In this document: positions 1-10,291 of the stretch, one piece after another
How positions within the stretch are numbered: the first letter of the stretch is position 1
How the letters are laid out: each line of letters opens with the position of its first letter
Assembly: GCA_963717935.1 (NCBI GenBank)
Contig: CAVQXP010000003.1
Coordinates: 40,203-104,202, forward strand
Direction: 5' to 3'
Source of the DNA: Candidatus Eiseniibacteriota bacterium
GTDB taxonomy: Bacteria > Eisenbacteria > RBG-16-71-46
Length of the DNA: 64,000 nucleotides
Program-made: the position numbers and the translations under genes
Notes under the pieces: generated by a model
What the model was told of the DNA's origin: nothing
Databases searched by the model: none
The model's input: only the letters and a program-made list of their open reading frames with translations

Positions 1-2
1 AG

Positions 3-470
3 GTGGACGGGCTCGAGCTGTGCCAGTCGGTCAAGACCGGCCTCAAGGAGGCCGCGCCCTACTTCATCCTGCTCACGGCCAAGGGCGAGATCAGCAACAA
101 GCTGCTGGCACTGGACACCGGTGCGGACGACTACCTGGTGAAGCCCTGCGACCAGGGCGAGCTCATGGCGCGCGTGCGCGCCGGCCTGCGCATCGTGCTC
201 CTCGCCCAGGAGCTGCGCGCCACCGTCGAGGATCTGCACGTCGCGAACGCCGAGTTGCAGAGCGCGCGAGCCGAGGTCGACCGTCTCACCCACGAACTGC
301 TGCCGATCTGCGCCTTCTGCCGGAAGGTGCGGGACGCCGAGGGGATGTGGCACTCCCTGGAGGAGTACGTCGCCCAGCGCACCCAGACGGACTTCACCCA
401 CGGGATCTGCCCCGCCTGCCGCGTCGAGCACTACCCCGCCGTCGCCCCGGAGACGCGCAAGAGCGCTTGA
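3..470 (+). CDS. Response regulator receiver-domain protein, 5'-partial, with coiled-coil linker and C-terminal Cys/His motif
   Basis: The ORF runs off the left edge. ..FILLTAKGE..DTGADDYLVKP.. is the C-terminal half of a CheY-like receiver. A heptad-like linker follows, then LPICAFCRKVRD..W..EEYV....FTHGICPAC. Stop TGA at 468-470. Confidence 0.8.
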   Translation: MDGLELCQSVKTGLKEAAPYFILLTAKGEISNKLLALDTGADDYLVKPCDQGELMARVRAGLRIVLLAQELRATVEDLHVANAELQSARAEVDRLTHELLPICAFCRKVRDAEGMWHSLEEYVAQRTQTDFTHGICPACRVEHYPAVAPETRKSA

Positions 471-633
471 GCCTGAGGGACTCGCCCCGTGCGGGCGAGG
501 TGAGGGGGGGGCGGCCGGGCCCCCGGCCGCGGCCTCTCAGCGCCCGGCTTGACCAGACCCGCCGACGCTCAGTAGACTGCTCCGCCTTGCTCGTCATCCA
601 GAGGCCGTGTACGGGCCTCTTTTCGCACGTCGT

Positions 634-708
634 TCCTCGGTAGCTCAACGGTAGAGCATCCGGCTGTTAACCGGAGGGTTGTAGGTTCGAATCCTACCCG
701 AGGAGCCA
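634..708 (+). tRNA. tRNA-Asn (anticodon GTT), CCA encoded
   Basis: Cloverleaf read by eye: acceptor TCCTCGG/CCGAGGA, D-arm GCTCAACGGTAGAGC, anticodon loop CTGTTAA, T-arm GTAGGTTCGAATCCTAC, discriminator G, then CCA. Confidence 0.95.
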
Positions 709-713
709 GATTC

Positions 714-750
714 GAGAGCCCCCGCACCTTGATGAGGCGCGGGGGCTCTC
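714..750. terminator. Perfect 12-bp GC-rich hairpin between tRNA-Asn (+) and the convergent hemerythrin gene (-); likely bidirectional terminator
   Basis: GAGAGCCCCCGC (714-725) pairs with GCGGGGGCTCTC (739-750) around a 13-nt loop. It lies between two convergent genes. Confidence 0.6.
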
Positions 751-791
751 GTCTTCTCCCGTCCCGGGTCGTTTCCCGGTCGAGTCGGATC

Positions 792-1739
792 CTAGCTCTC
801 GTCGAGCAGGCGCTTCTGCCCCGTGAGAGAACGGATCCCCGTGACGTCCTGCACGGTCTCGAGGCAGCCCCGATAGCGTCCGCCCCGGTCGCGCACGGGC
901 CAGTAGCGGATGTGGAGCTTGCGCGGCCCCATGTCGATCCAGAACTCCGCCACTTCGCGCTTCCCGGCCTTGAAGTCGGCCAGGATCTGGTTCACGACGT
1001 GCACGCTCTTCTGCGGATGGCAGTTCTGGACCTTCGCGCCGATCACGCCGCGCGTCCGCGGGAAGATCTTCTCGGACCGCTCGTGGCTGAAGTAGCGCAC
1101 GGTGTCGTCCTGGTCCACGAAGGACAGCTCGATGGGCAGCGTGTCGAGGATGGCCGCGAGCACGTCACGGTCGAGGCCGTGGGAGAGGTCCTTCAGTTCG
1201 CCGGCCTGGATCAGCTCCTCCGCCAGACGGTAGTAGTCCGCCCGCGTACTCGCGCCGAGACTCGCCTCGACCTGCTCGATGCCCCGGACGACGGCCGCGC
1301 CGTCGGCCTCGCTCATCGCGCGCGCGGCCATGGGGAAGAGGACGTCGCCCTCCTTCCAGTAGTGGTCCTTGCAGAGCGCCACGTACTCGCCGAACGTGCT
1401 GCGCAGCGCGCCCAGCTTCGAGGCGTCGCCGGCCGCGTAGGCCTCGACCAGGGGCTCGAGCTTCGCCAGCAGGCCGCGTGCGGCCTCGTGCTCCAGGAGC
1501 ATGAGGCTGAGCGGGCCGCTTCCCCGGGGTATGCCGCGCTGCTCGGCGAGCGGGAAGAGGTGCTGCTCCTCCTTCTGGTTGTGGCAGCGGTCCACGTAGT
1601 TGCGCGCGTAGTCGAAGAGCTTCACGACCAGGCCGGGGGCCGGCCCCGAGGGGGAGGTGAAGGGCTTCTCCATGGCGGCGAAGACCTTCTCGGTCGTCTC
1701 GTGGTCACGCATCAACAGGCTCTGCCAGGTCTCGCCCAT
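792..1739 (-). CDS. Hemerythrin-like (HHE) plus DUF438/PAS-type domain protein
   Basis: MGETWQSLLMRDHE..CHNQKEEQHLFP..LLEHE..KDHYWKEGDVLFP are hemerythrin-type His/Glu motifs. The C-terminal part ..LPIELSFVDQDDTVRYFS..IFPR..IGAKVQNCHP..W.. is DUF438/PAS-like. ATG at 1739 is preceded by AAAGGGGA; the ORF-track start at 1808 is less likely. Confidence 0.8.
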   Translation of the reverse strand: MGETWQSLLMRDHETTEKVFAAMEKPFTSPSGPAPGLVVKLFDYARNYVDRCHNQKEEQHLFPLAEQRGIPRGSGPLSLMLLEHEAARGLLAKLEPLVEAYAAGDASKLGALRSTFGEYVALCKDHYWKEGDVLFPMAARAMSEADGAAVVRGIEQVEASLGASTRADYYRLAEELIQAGELKDLSHGLDRDVLAAILDTLPIELSFVDQDDTVRYFSHERSEKIFPRTRGVIGAKVQNCHPQKSVHVVNQILADFKAGKREVAEFWIDMGPRKLHIRYWPVRDRGGRYRGCLETVQDVTGIRSLTGQKRLLDES

Positions 1740-1832
1740 CAGGACTTCCCCTTTCGTCGGATCCGGCGCTGCGCGGCCACGGCAGGGAACCGAAGCGGGG
1801 CCGGGCACGCCGCCGGCCCTGCGCTGCGGTCG

Positions 1833-2990
1833 CTAGTACAGGAACATCGGCTTGCCGAGCAGGTGCGCCACCTTCGGGCGGTAGTGCTCGATGTCGTAGA
1901 GCTCGTCCACGTCCACGCGCTTGCGGCCCTCGGCGATGACGTTGGCCGAGACGGTCGTGTACTTGCCGTCGCGCAGCGCCACCATCCGCCCGCTCTGCTT
2001 CTTCAGGAGCAGGTCGGTGGCCAGGTAGCCGTAGGTGGTCGCGACCATGCGGTCGAGCGCGTCGGGCTGGCCGCTGCGCATCAGGTAGGCGACCTGCTGG
2101 TAGAGCGTGCTGACGCCCGAGCGCTTCTCGATCTCGCCCGAGAGGTAGAGCCCGACGCCGCCGAGCTTCTTGTGGCCGTATGCGTCAGCCACGCCGCTCA
2201 GGTGCATCTCCCCGCCGATCGGCTTGGCGCCCTCGGAGATGGTCACGATGGCGTAGGCGCTCGGGTTGTCATTCCGGTCTTCCACCAGGAAGTGCACCAG
2301 CTTGTCCACGTCGAAGTCCACCTCGGAGATCACGGCGCGATCCACGCCGGCGAGGTAGGCCGAGATGAGCGAGGTCTCGCCCGAGTAGCGCCCGAAGAGC
2401 TCGATGACCGCGATGCGCTCGTGCGAGCCCGCGGCGGTGCGCAGCGAGTGGATGAACTCGACGCTGCGCGTGACGGCGGTCGAGAAGCCGATGCAGTAGT
2501 CGGTGCCGTGGACGTCGTTGTCCATGGTCTTCGGCACGCAGATGATGGGCACGCCCTCCCGATGCAGCCGCACGGCGTAGGAGAGGGTGTCGTCCCCGCC
2601 GATGGCGATCAGGCCGTCGAGGCCGAGGTGCTCGATCACCTTCAGGACGTGGGGCGTGCAGTCGAAGAGGCCCTCGGGGCCGGGCTGCGTGTAGTCGCCC
2701 CCGAGGAAACCGGGCAGGTCCTTGGGGCTCACCCTGCCGGGGTTCGTGCGTGACGTGTGCAGGAACGTGCCGCCGCTGCGGTCGATCGTGCGCGTGTTCG
2801 AGCGGTTGAGCGGGACGACGAGCTGCTCCTGCGTCCGCGGGTCGGCGGGGTTCAGGTGGAGCAGGCCCGCCCAGCCACGCCGCAGACCGACGACCTCGTG
2901 CCCCTCGTCGGCGGCCCGGTGGACCGCTGCCTTGATCGTGGAGTTGAGCCCTGGTACGTCGCCGCCACCCGTGAAGATGCCGTATCTCAT
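1833..2990 (-). CDS. pfk: 6-phosphofructokinase (PfkA family; ATP- or PPi-dependent not resolved)
   Basis: [46 protein letters not shown].. are PFK signature blocks. ATG at 2990 is preceded by AGGAAGG. Confidence 0.9.
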   Translation of the reverse strand: MRYGIFTGGGDVPGLNSTIKAAVHRAADEGHEVVGLRRGWAGLLHLNPADPRTQEQLVVPLNRSNTRTIDRSGGTFLHTSRTNPGRVSPKDLPGFLGGDYTQPGPEGLFDCTPHVLKVIEHLGLDGLIAIGGDDTLSYAVRLHREGVPIICVPKTMDNDVHGTDYCIGFSTAVTRSVEFIHSLRTAAGSHERIAVIELFGRYSGETSLISAYLAGVDRAVISEVDFDVDKLVHFLVEDRNDNPSAYAIVTISEGAKPIGGEMHLSGVADAYGHKKLGGVGLYLSGEIEKRSGVSTLYQQVAYLMRSGQPDALDRMVATTYGYLATDLLLKKQSGRMVALRDGKYTTVSANVIAEGRKRVDVDELYDIEHYRPKVAHLLGKPMFLY

Positions 2991-3235
2991 GGGCCTTCCT
3001 GTCGTGGAGCGCGCCTGCCCGCACCTGCGCGCGAGGCCATCGCTCCGTGGTTTCGGGATGCCGTGCCGGCGGGATCCGGCAGTCAAGAACGGCGGGAACG
3101 TACCGTGTGCCTCCGCGGCTCACAAGCGGGCGGCAGAGCCCGGCCGGCGCGTGCCTTCGCGTGCCCCCCGGGCCTTGTGGTCTAATGTGCAGGGGCCGCC
3201 CACCCCGGACGGGGTGGGCCGCCCCGCGAGAGGGG

Positions 3236-5566
3236 GTGAAAACCACGCCAGAGCAGCATCCTGCTTCGCCACAGCGCCTGCGGCTCGAGATTCGCGGGGC
3301 GGTCCAGGGTGTGGGGTTCCGCCCCTTCGTCTTCCGCCTCGCCGGGGAACTGGCCCTGCCGGGCTGGGTCCTGAACGACGCCCGCGGGGTCTTCATCGAG
3401 GTCGAAGGCCCGCGCGAGACCCTGGAGCGTTTCCGCGAGCGGATCGTCTCGGAGCGCCCGCCGCGCGCCATCGTGCAGAGCGTCGAGGCCGCGTGGCTCC
3501 CGCCCTCGGGGTTCACGGCCTTCGAGATCCGTCACAGCAACGAGGCCGGCGTGAAGACCGCGCTGGTGTTGCCGGACCTGGCCACCTGCCCCGACTGCCT
3601 CGCCGAGACCCTCGATCCGGCCGAGCGGCGCCATGGCTATCCGTTCACGAACTGCACGAACTGCGGCCCGCGCTTCACCATCCTGTACGCGCTGCCCTAC
3701 GACCGGCCCAACACGACCATGCGCGGCTTCGTGCTCTGCGCGGAGTGCAGGCGGGAATACGAGGACCCGCGCGACCGCCGCTTCCACGCCCAGCCCATCG
3801 GTTGCCCGGCCTGCGGCCCGGTCGTCGCCCTCTGGGACGCGTCGGGCGCGGGGCTGGTCCGCGGCGACGCGGCCCTCGCGGGCGCGGCGCGGGCGCTGGG
3901 CGAGGGCCGCATCCTGGCCCTCAAGGGTCTCGGCGGGTTCCACCTCGTGTGCGACGCGCGCAACGGGGACGCGGTCCGGCGTCTGCGTGAGAGGAAGCAG
4001 CGCCTCGGCAAGCCGCTCGCCCTGATGGTGCGCGACCTCGACCAGGCCCGCGAGTTGTGCGAGGTCTCGGACCTCGCGGCGCAGCAGCTCGCCTCGGTCG
4101 AAGCGCCGATCCTGCTCCTGCCGCGGCGTGCGGATGCGCCCGTGGCGCCGGAGGTGGCGCCGGGCAACCCGTATCTCGGCGTGATGCTCCCATCCACGCC
4201 GCTCCACCATCTCCTCCTGCACGCCTGCGCCTTCCCCGTCGTGGCGACCAGCGGCAACCTCACCGACGAGCCCATCTGCACGAACGAATACCGGGCCCTG
4301 CAGCGGCTCGGGGCCATCGCCGACGTCTTCCTGGTGCACGACCGCGCCATCGAGCGGCACGTGGACGACAGCGTGGCCTGGATCACGGCAGGCCGGGTGC
4401 GGCTGCTGCGCCGGGCGCGGGGCTGGGCGCCCCTGCCGGTGACGCTCGAGCGCGAGCTGCCGGTCATCCTCGCCGTGGGGGCGCACCTGAAGAACACCGT
4501 GGCCCTGAGCGTGGGCCGGCAGGTGTTCGTCAGCCAGCACATCGGCGACCTCGAGACCGAGGAGGCGATGTGCGCCTTCGAGCGCGTGATCGCCGACTTC
4601 CAGCGGCTCTACGACGTGCGGCCCGTGGCCATCGCCCACGACCTGCACCCCGACTACCTCTCGACCCGGTGGGCGCTGGCCGCCCCCGGCGGGGCGCGCC
4701 TGGTCGGGGTCCAGCACCACCACGCCCACCTCGTCTCCTGCCTGGCCGAGAACGGGGTGGAGGGCCGCGCCCTGGGCGTGTCCTGGGACGGTACGGGCTA
4801 CGGGACCGACGGCACGGTCTGGGGCGGGGAGTTCCTGCTGGGGGACGCCTCCGGATTCGAGCGTGTGGCCCACCTCAGGCCCTTCCGGCTGCCAGGGGGC
4901 GAGGCTGCGGTCCGCGAGCCCCGCAGGGCCGCCCTGGGCCTGCTCTGGGAGGCCCGGGGCGAGGCGGCGCTGGCCGCGGAGGGTCCGGGGATCGGACGGC
5001 TGTTCGATGCTGCCGACCTCAAGGTCCTGGCCAGGATGCTGGACCGGGGCCTCAACAGCCCCGTCACCACCAGCATGGGCCGGCTGTTCGACGCGGTCGC
5101 GGCCCTGGTGGGCCTGCATCCGAGCACGACCTTCGAGGGCGAAGCGGCCATGGCCCTCGAATGGCTGGCCGACCCGGCGGAGCGGGGCGCCTATCCTGTA
5201 GACTCGCGGCCCGGCCCGGTCCCCGCGGGGGCGCGGCCGCCTCTCGTCCTGGACTGGGGGCCGCTGCTCGAGGCCGTGCTGGAAGATGTCCGCCGGGGTG
5301 TGCCGAGGGGCGTCATCGCGGCCCGCTTCCACAACGGGCTGGTGCGCGTGGCGGTGGACGTGGCCGCGGTGGTGGGCGAGGAGCGCGTGGCGCTCTCCGG
5401 CGGGTGCTTCCAGAACCGGCTCCTCACCGAGCGGCTGGCGGCGGCGCTGGAGCGGGCGGGCCACACCGTGCTGCTGCACGCGCAGGTGCCGCCGAACGAT
5501 GGCGGCGTGAGCCTGGGACAGATCGTCGTGGCCGCGGCGCAGTTGGGAATCGAAAGGGGAGACTGA
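3236..5566 (+). CDS. hypF: [NiFe]-hydrogenase maturation carbamoyltransferase HypF
   Basis: Contains an acylphosphatase block ([16 protein letters not shown]), two zinc-finger pairs ([12 protein letters not shown]; CAEC..CPACGP), and YrdC-like and Kae1-like regions through ..NDGGVSLGQ. The start is uncertain: GTG 3236 gives a typical 14-aa lead-in, and ATG 3185 is in frame but sits upstream of a strong hairpin (3192-3225). Confidence 0.9.
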   Translation: MKTTPEQHPASPQRLRLEIRGAVQGVGFRPFVFRLAGELALPGWVLNDARGVFIEVEGPRETLERFRERIVSERPPRAIVQSVEAAWLPPSGFTAFEIRHSNEAGVKTALVLPDLATCPDCLAETLDPAERRHGYPFTNCTNCGPRFTILYALPYDRPNTTMRGFVLCAECRREYEDPRDRRFHAQPIGCPACGPVVALWDASGAGLVRGDAALAGAARALGEGRILALKGLGGFHLVCDARNGDAVRRLRERKQRLGKPLALMVRDLDQARELCEVSDLAAQQLASVEAPILLLPRRADAPVAPEVAPGNPYLGVMLPSTPLHHLLLHACAFPVVATSGNLTDEPICTNEYRALQRLGAIADVFLVHDRAIERHVDDSVAWITAGRVRLLRRARGWAPLPVTLERELPVILAVGAHLKNTVALSVGRQVFVSQHIGDLETEEAMCAFERVIADFQRLYDVRPVAIAHDLHPDYLSTRWALAAPGGARLVGVQHHHAHLVSCLAENGVEGRALGVSWDGTGYGTDGTVWGGEFLLGDASGFERVAHLRPFRLPGGEAAVREPRRAALGLLWEARGEAALAAEGPGIGRLFDAADLKVLARMLDRGLNSPVTTSMGRLFDAVAALVGLHPSTTFEGEAAMALEWLADPAERGAYPVDSRPGPVPAGARPPLVLDWGPLLEAVLEDVRRGVPRGVIAARFHNGLVRVAVDVAAVVGEERVALSGGCFQNRLLTERLAAALERAGHTVLLHAQVPPNDGGVSLGQIVVAAAQLGIERGD

Positions 5567-5568
5567 AC

Positions 5569-5871
5569 GTGTGTCTCGGCGTGCCGGGCAAGGTGCTCAC
5601 GGTCGAGGAGAACGCCCAGGGCCTGGCCATGGGCACCGTGAGCTTCGGTGGCGTGAACAAGGAGATCTACCTCGCCTGCGTGCCCGAGGCGAAGCCCGGC
5701 GACTACGTGATCGTGCACGCGGGCCTGGCCATCAGCATCATCAACGAGCAGGAGGCCGAGGAGACCTTCGAGATCCTGCGCCGGATGGACGAGCTGGCGG
5801 GGATCGAGGAACGTCCGCAGGACGCCTCCGGCTCCCCGCCGCCGCCGCCCGGGCCCGAACGCCAGGGGTGA
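5569..5871 (+). CDS. hypC: Hydrogenase maturation chaperone HypC/HybG
   Basis: A GTG start gives the canonical N-terminus (M)CLGVPGKV.., with RBS AAAGGGGAG upstream. About 100 aa, with a Pro-rich tail. Confidence 0.9.
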   Translation: MCLGVPGKVLTVEENAQGLAMGTVSFGGVNKEIYLACVPEAKPGDYVIVHAGLAISIINEQEAEETFEILRRMDELAGIEERPQDASGSPPPPPGPERQG

Positions 5872-5873
5872 CC

Positions 5874-6958
<1,085 letters not shown>

Positions 6959-6962
<4 letters not shown>

Positions 6963-8032
6963 GTGACGCCGAGGCCGCGCCCGTCGAGTACCTGGGCCTG
7001 CAGTGCCCGATCCCGCTGAGCGAGTACCCGCAGGTGACGCTCGCCCACGGCGGCGGCGGACGGCTCACGCACGCGCTGATCGAGCGCATGTTCCTCGCGG
7101 CCTTCCGCAACCCCGCGCTCGAGCCGCTCCACGACGGCGCCGTGCTCGAGGTGCCGCAGGGCCGGATCGCGCTCAGCACCGACTCGTACGTGGTGAGCCC
7201 GCTCTTCTTCCCGGGCGGCGACATCGGTTCGCTCGCGGTGCACGGCACCGTGAACGACCTCGCCATGTGCGGCGCGTCGCCCCTGGCGCTCACCGCGGGC
7301 TTCGTGCTCGAGGAGGGCCTGCCCATGGACGACCTGTGGCGGATCGTGCGCTCCATGGCACGGGCGGCGAAGGACGCGGGCGTGAACATCGTGACCGGCG
7401 ACACCAAGGTCGTGGACCGCGGCAAGGGCGATGGCGTGTTCATCAACACGACCGGCATCGGCCTGGTGCCCGAGGGCGTGAGCATCTCCCCGGCGCGCGC
7501 GCGGCCCGGGGACCGGCTGCTGCTGAGCGGGCGCATCGCCGACCACGGCATCGCCATCCTGTCGGTGCGCGAGGGCCTCTCGTTCGAGACCACGATCGAG
7601 AGCGACTCGGCCGCCCTGAACGGGCTCGTGGGCTCGCTGCTCGGGGCGCTCGGCGAGCGCGTCCACGTGCTGCGCGACCCCACGCGTGGCGGCGTGGCGA
7701 GCGCGACCAACGAGATCGCCGCGGCCGCGCAGGTGGGGCTGCGCCTCGAGGAGCGCGCGATCCCGCTGGCCGAGCAGGTGCGCGGCGCCTGCGAGATCCT
7801 CGGGCTCGACCCGCTCTACGTCGCGAACGAGGGCAAGTGCCTGGCCATCGTCGCTCCGGAAGCGGCGGAGCAGGCGCTCGCGCTCCTGCGCGCGCACCCG
7901 CTCGGGCGCGAGGCCGCCGTCATCGGCGAGGTGGTCGCGGACCACCCCGGCCGCGTGATGATGCACAGCCGCGTCGGCGGCATGCGCGTCGTGGACATGC
8001 TCAGCGGGGAGCAGCTGCCGCGCATCTGCTGA
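6959..8032 (+). CDS. hypE: Hydrogenase maturation carbamoyl dehydratase HypE
   Basis: The GTG start overlaps the hypD stop (GTGA) and has an AGGAAG RBS. It has an AIR-synthase-like fold (..HGGGG..GDTKV..) and the canonical C-terminus ..GEQLPRIC. Confidence 0.95.
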
Positions 8033-8049
8033 TGCGGCCGGGACCGGGC

Positions 8050-8520
8050 ATGACCGTGAAGCAGGCAACGAAGCGGCGCCCGGAGGGCACGCGGGAGCGG
8101 GCCGGGGAGTCCCCCGGGCGCTGGGAGCGCGTGTGGGCCGTGGTGCGCCGCATCCCGCCCGGGCGCGTGGCCACCTACGGCCAGGTCGCGGCCCTCGCGG
8201 GCCTCGGCCACCAGGCGCGCCAGGTCGGCTACGCGCTCCATGCCCTGCCCGCCGAGGGCTTCGCCCCGTGGCACCGGGTGGTCAACGCGCGCGGCGCGAT
8301 CAGCCTGCCGCCGGGCGGTGGAGCCGACGTGACCCAGCGCCTGCGGCTCGAGCGCGAAGGCGTGCGCTTCGACGCGCGCGGGCGGATCGACCTCGAGCGC
8401 TACGGCTGGCGGCCCGGCGGGCGGGTCACCGCCGCCGCGTCGCGTTCGCCGCTGCGGGCCTCGGCATCGCCCAGGTCTGCAACGCCACGGGCAGGTGCCC
8501 GCGGTCGCCCACCGCGGTGA
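8050..8520 (+). CDS. Alkyltransferase-like (ATL) / MGMT-family DNA-binding protein
   Basis: ..IPPGRVATYGQVAALAG...ARQVGYAL.....PWHRVVNARG.. matches the MGMT DNA-binding domain, but Trp replaces the catalytic Cys (PWHRV rather than PCHRV). The 3' end overlaps the convergent gene by 95 nt. Confidence 0.75.
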   Translation: MTVKQATKRRPEGTRERAGESPGRWERVWAVVRRIPPGRVATYGQVAALAGLGHQARQVGYALHALPAEGFAPWHRVVNARGAISLPPGGGADVTQRLRLEREGVRFDARGRIDLERYGWRPGGRVTAAASRSPLRASASPRSATPRAGARGRPPR

Positions 8521-9145
8521 TGCGGTAACCTCCGCCGGGCTTCACCTCGATCACGGTGAGGCTGCAGTTGGCGAGGCTCATCGTGAGCCAGAGTCTCGCG
8601 TCCGCGCCCAGCGCGCGGGTCACCAGCCAGCGGATCACGTTCCCGTGGCAGACCAGCACCTCCGTGCTGTCGCGCGCGGGCGAGGGGCGGAAGTAGCGGG
8701 CGAAGGTGCGCTCGAGTTGCACCGCGCACGAGTCGGCCTCGCCCGGCGCGAGACCCGCCATGACGTCCTTGCGGTAGGTGGGCGGCGTGCACTCGCGCAG
8801 GTCGCGGTCGGGCTCGGGGTTCCGGCCGGGCAGCGACCGCGCGATGATCTCCGCGGTCTCTCGCGCCCGCGTCAGGGTGCTCGCGTGCACGACGTCGACT
8901 CGCGCGGGCCAGGCCGCGAGCCGCGCCCCGGTGAGCCGCGCCTGCTCCCGGCCCTCGGACAGCAGCGCCTTGCCGACCTCGGCATCGCGCGCGTCGTCCT
9001 CGTCGTAGACCCCGTGGCGGACGAGGATGAGCGTGCGCAGGCCCTTGCCCGGAGTCGCCTGGGCGTCGGCCCCGGGCGCGATTGCGCCGGCCAGCGTCAG
9101 CGTGCACAGGATGACCGCGCAGAACGGCCGCAGGCCCGGCCTCAT
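8426..9145 (-). CDS. Histidine phosphatase (phosphoglycerate-mutase-like) family protein with signal peptide
   Basis: MRPGLRPFCAVILCTLTLAGAIAPGADA is signal-like. LVRHG.. is the RHG catalytic motif, and ..VCHGNVIRWL.. follows later. The ATG overlaps the hypB stop (ATGA). Confidence 0.8.
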   Translation of the reverse strand: MRPGLRPFCAVILCTLTLAGAIAPGADAQATPGKGLRTLILVRHGVYDEDDARDAEVGKALLSEGREQARLTGARLAAWPARVDVVHASTLTRARETAEIIARSLPGRNPEPDRDLRECTPPTYRKDVMAGLAPGEADSCAVQLERTFARYFRPSPARDSTEVLVCHGNVIRWLVTRALGADARLWLTMSLANCSLTVIEVKPGGGYRITAVGDRGHLPVALQTWAMPRPAAANATRRR

Positions 9146-9810
9146 GACGCGGCCCCGCGCTTCTCCGACAGGCGCTCCTCGAGCAGGGCGCACCACTCGG
9201 CGATGCCCTGGCCGGTGGTGGCCGAGGTCACCAGCAGTGCGCCACCGGGCCGCAGCGCGGCGACCTGCGCGCGCGCCTCGTCGAGCTTGAAGGACACGTG
9301 GGGCAGCAGGTCGGCCTTCGTCACCAACGTCACCGCGGCCTTCGCGAAGATGGACGGGTACTTGAAGGGCTTGTCCTCGCCCTCGGTGACCGAGAGCAGC
9401 GCGACCTTGAAGTCCTCGCCCAGGTCGTAGGAGGTGGGGCAGACGAGGTTGCCCACGTTCTCGATGAAGAGCACGTCCAGCGGCCCCAGGTCGTGCGTCT
9501 CGAGCGCCCCGCGCACCTGCCGGGCGTCGAGGTGGCAGGATCCCCCGGTGAGGATCTGGTGGGCCGGGATGCCGAGCGAGCGCAGGCGGTCGGCGTCGCG
9601 CTCGGTGGCGATGTCGCCCTCGATGGCGCCGAGTCTCAGCTTCCCCCCGAAGGCGCGTACGGTCGCCTCGAGCAGCGTCGTCTTGCCGGAGCCGGGGGAG
9701 GAGATGAGGTTCACCACCAGCGTGCGCGCGGTCGCGAAGCGCTCGCGCAACGTCGCGGCCGCGGCCGCGTTGTCGGCCAGGATCCTCTGCCGTACGTCCA
9801 CCTGGGTCAC
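9142..9810 (-). CDS. hypB: Hydrogenase nickel incorporation GTPase HypB
   Basis: Contains the P-loop SSPGSGKTTLLE, then ..GDI.T..D..R.., ENVGNLVCP and TKADLLP. The GTG start overlaps the hypA stop (GTGA). Confidence 0.95.
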   Translation of the reverse strand: MTQVDVRQRILADNAAAAATLRERFATARTLVVNLISSPGSGKTTLLEATVRAFGGKLRLGAIEGDIATERDADRLRSLGIPAHQILTGGSCHLDARQVRGALETHDLGPLDVLFIENVGNLVCPTSYDLGEDFKVALLSVTEGEDKPFKYPSIFAKAAVTLVTKADLLPHVSFKLDEARAQVAALRPGGALLVTSATTGQGIAEWCALLEERLSEKRGAAS

Positions 9811-10175
9811 TTCGCCGTCTCCTCTTCATCGGGTGTGTACGAGAGGTCGATCACGTCCAGCTCGTCTCCGCCGGCGACCTGCACGGGCCCGCCGCAGTCC
9901 GGGCAGATCCTGAGCCAGTTGCCGGGCGCGCGCTCCTTCACCTCGCCGCAGGTCGCGCACGTCTGCCGCGCGGGGTGCCACTCGACCTCGAGCCTGGCCG
10001 CGGCGTCACGCCCGCCGGAGACCACGGCCTCCCAGGCGTAGACCAGCAGCTCGGGCTCGACCGCCGCCAGCTCGCCGATCGCGACCCGTGCCGAGTCGAG
10101 CCGCCCGGGCCCGCGGGCGTCGATGGTCGCCCGGCAGGTCCGGTAGATCTCGGTGGCGAGGCTCAGCTCGTGCAA
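9807..10175 (-). CDS. hypA: Hydrogenase nickel insertion protein HypA
   Basis: A TTG start gives (M)HELSLATEIY.., the canonical HypA N-terminus, with GGAGGA upstream. The zinc site is CATCG..CPDCG. About 122 aa. Confidence 0.85.
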   Translation of the reverse strand: MHELSLATEIYRTCRATIDARGPGRLDSARVAIGELAAVEPELLVYAWEAVVSGGRDAAARLEVEWHPARQTCATCGEVKERAPGNWLRICPDCGGPVQVAGGDELDVIDLSYTPDEEETAK

Positions 10176-10291
10176 GTGTCCTCCGTCGGGATGGTCCGGG
10201 CCGGGTGCGCCCCCGGTGTCCCGCGGCCGCATCTTACCGCGTCCGGCATGGCCACCCGAACCGCCCGCGCGTGCGCGGACCGTGCACCGGT

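Noticed and set aside
729-2753. 674-aa plus-strand ORF, one of many similar very long ORFs (3182..5479 -, 13168..15654 -, 15682..17895 -, 40911..42833 -, 43858..45504 -, 52083..55010 + upstream part, 22936..26082 + upstream part)
   Set aside because: They lie antisense to, or out of frame with, genes that have clear family signatures. Their products are Arg/Ala/Gly/Pro/His-rich low complexity. Stop-poor shadow frames are expected in DNA this GC-rich.
10176-10291. Sigma-54 or NiFe-regulator promoter upstream of hypA
   Set aside because: Only a loose TGGCC..N..GGACGC and a TAAGAT hexamer are present, with no convincing TGGCAC-N5-TTGC or spaced -35/-10 pair.
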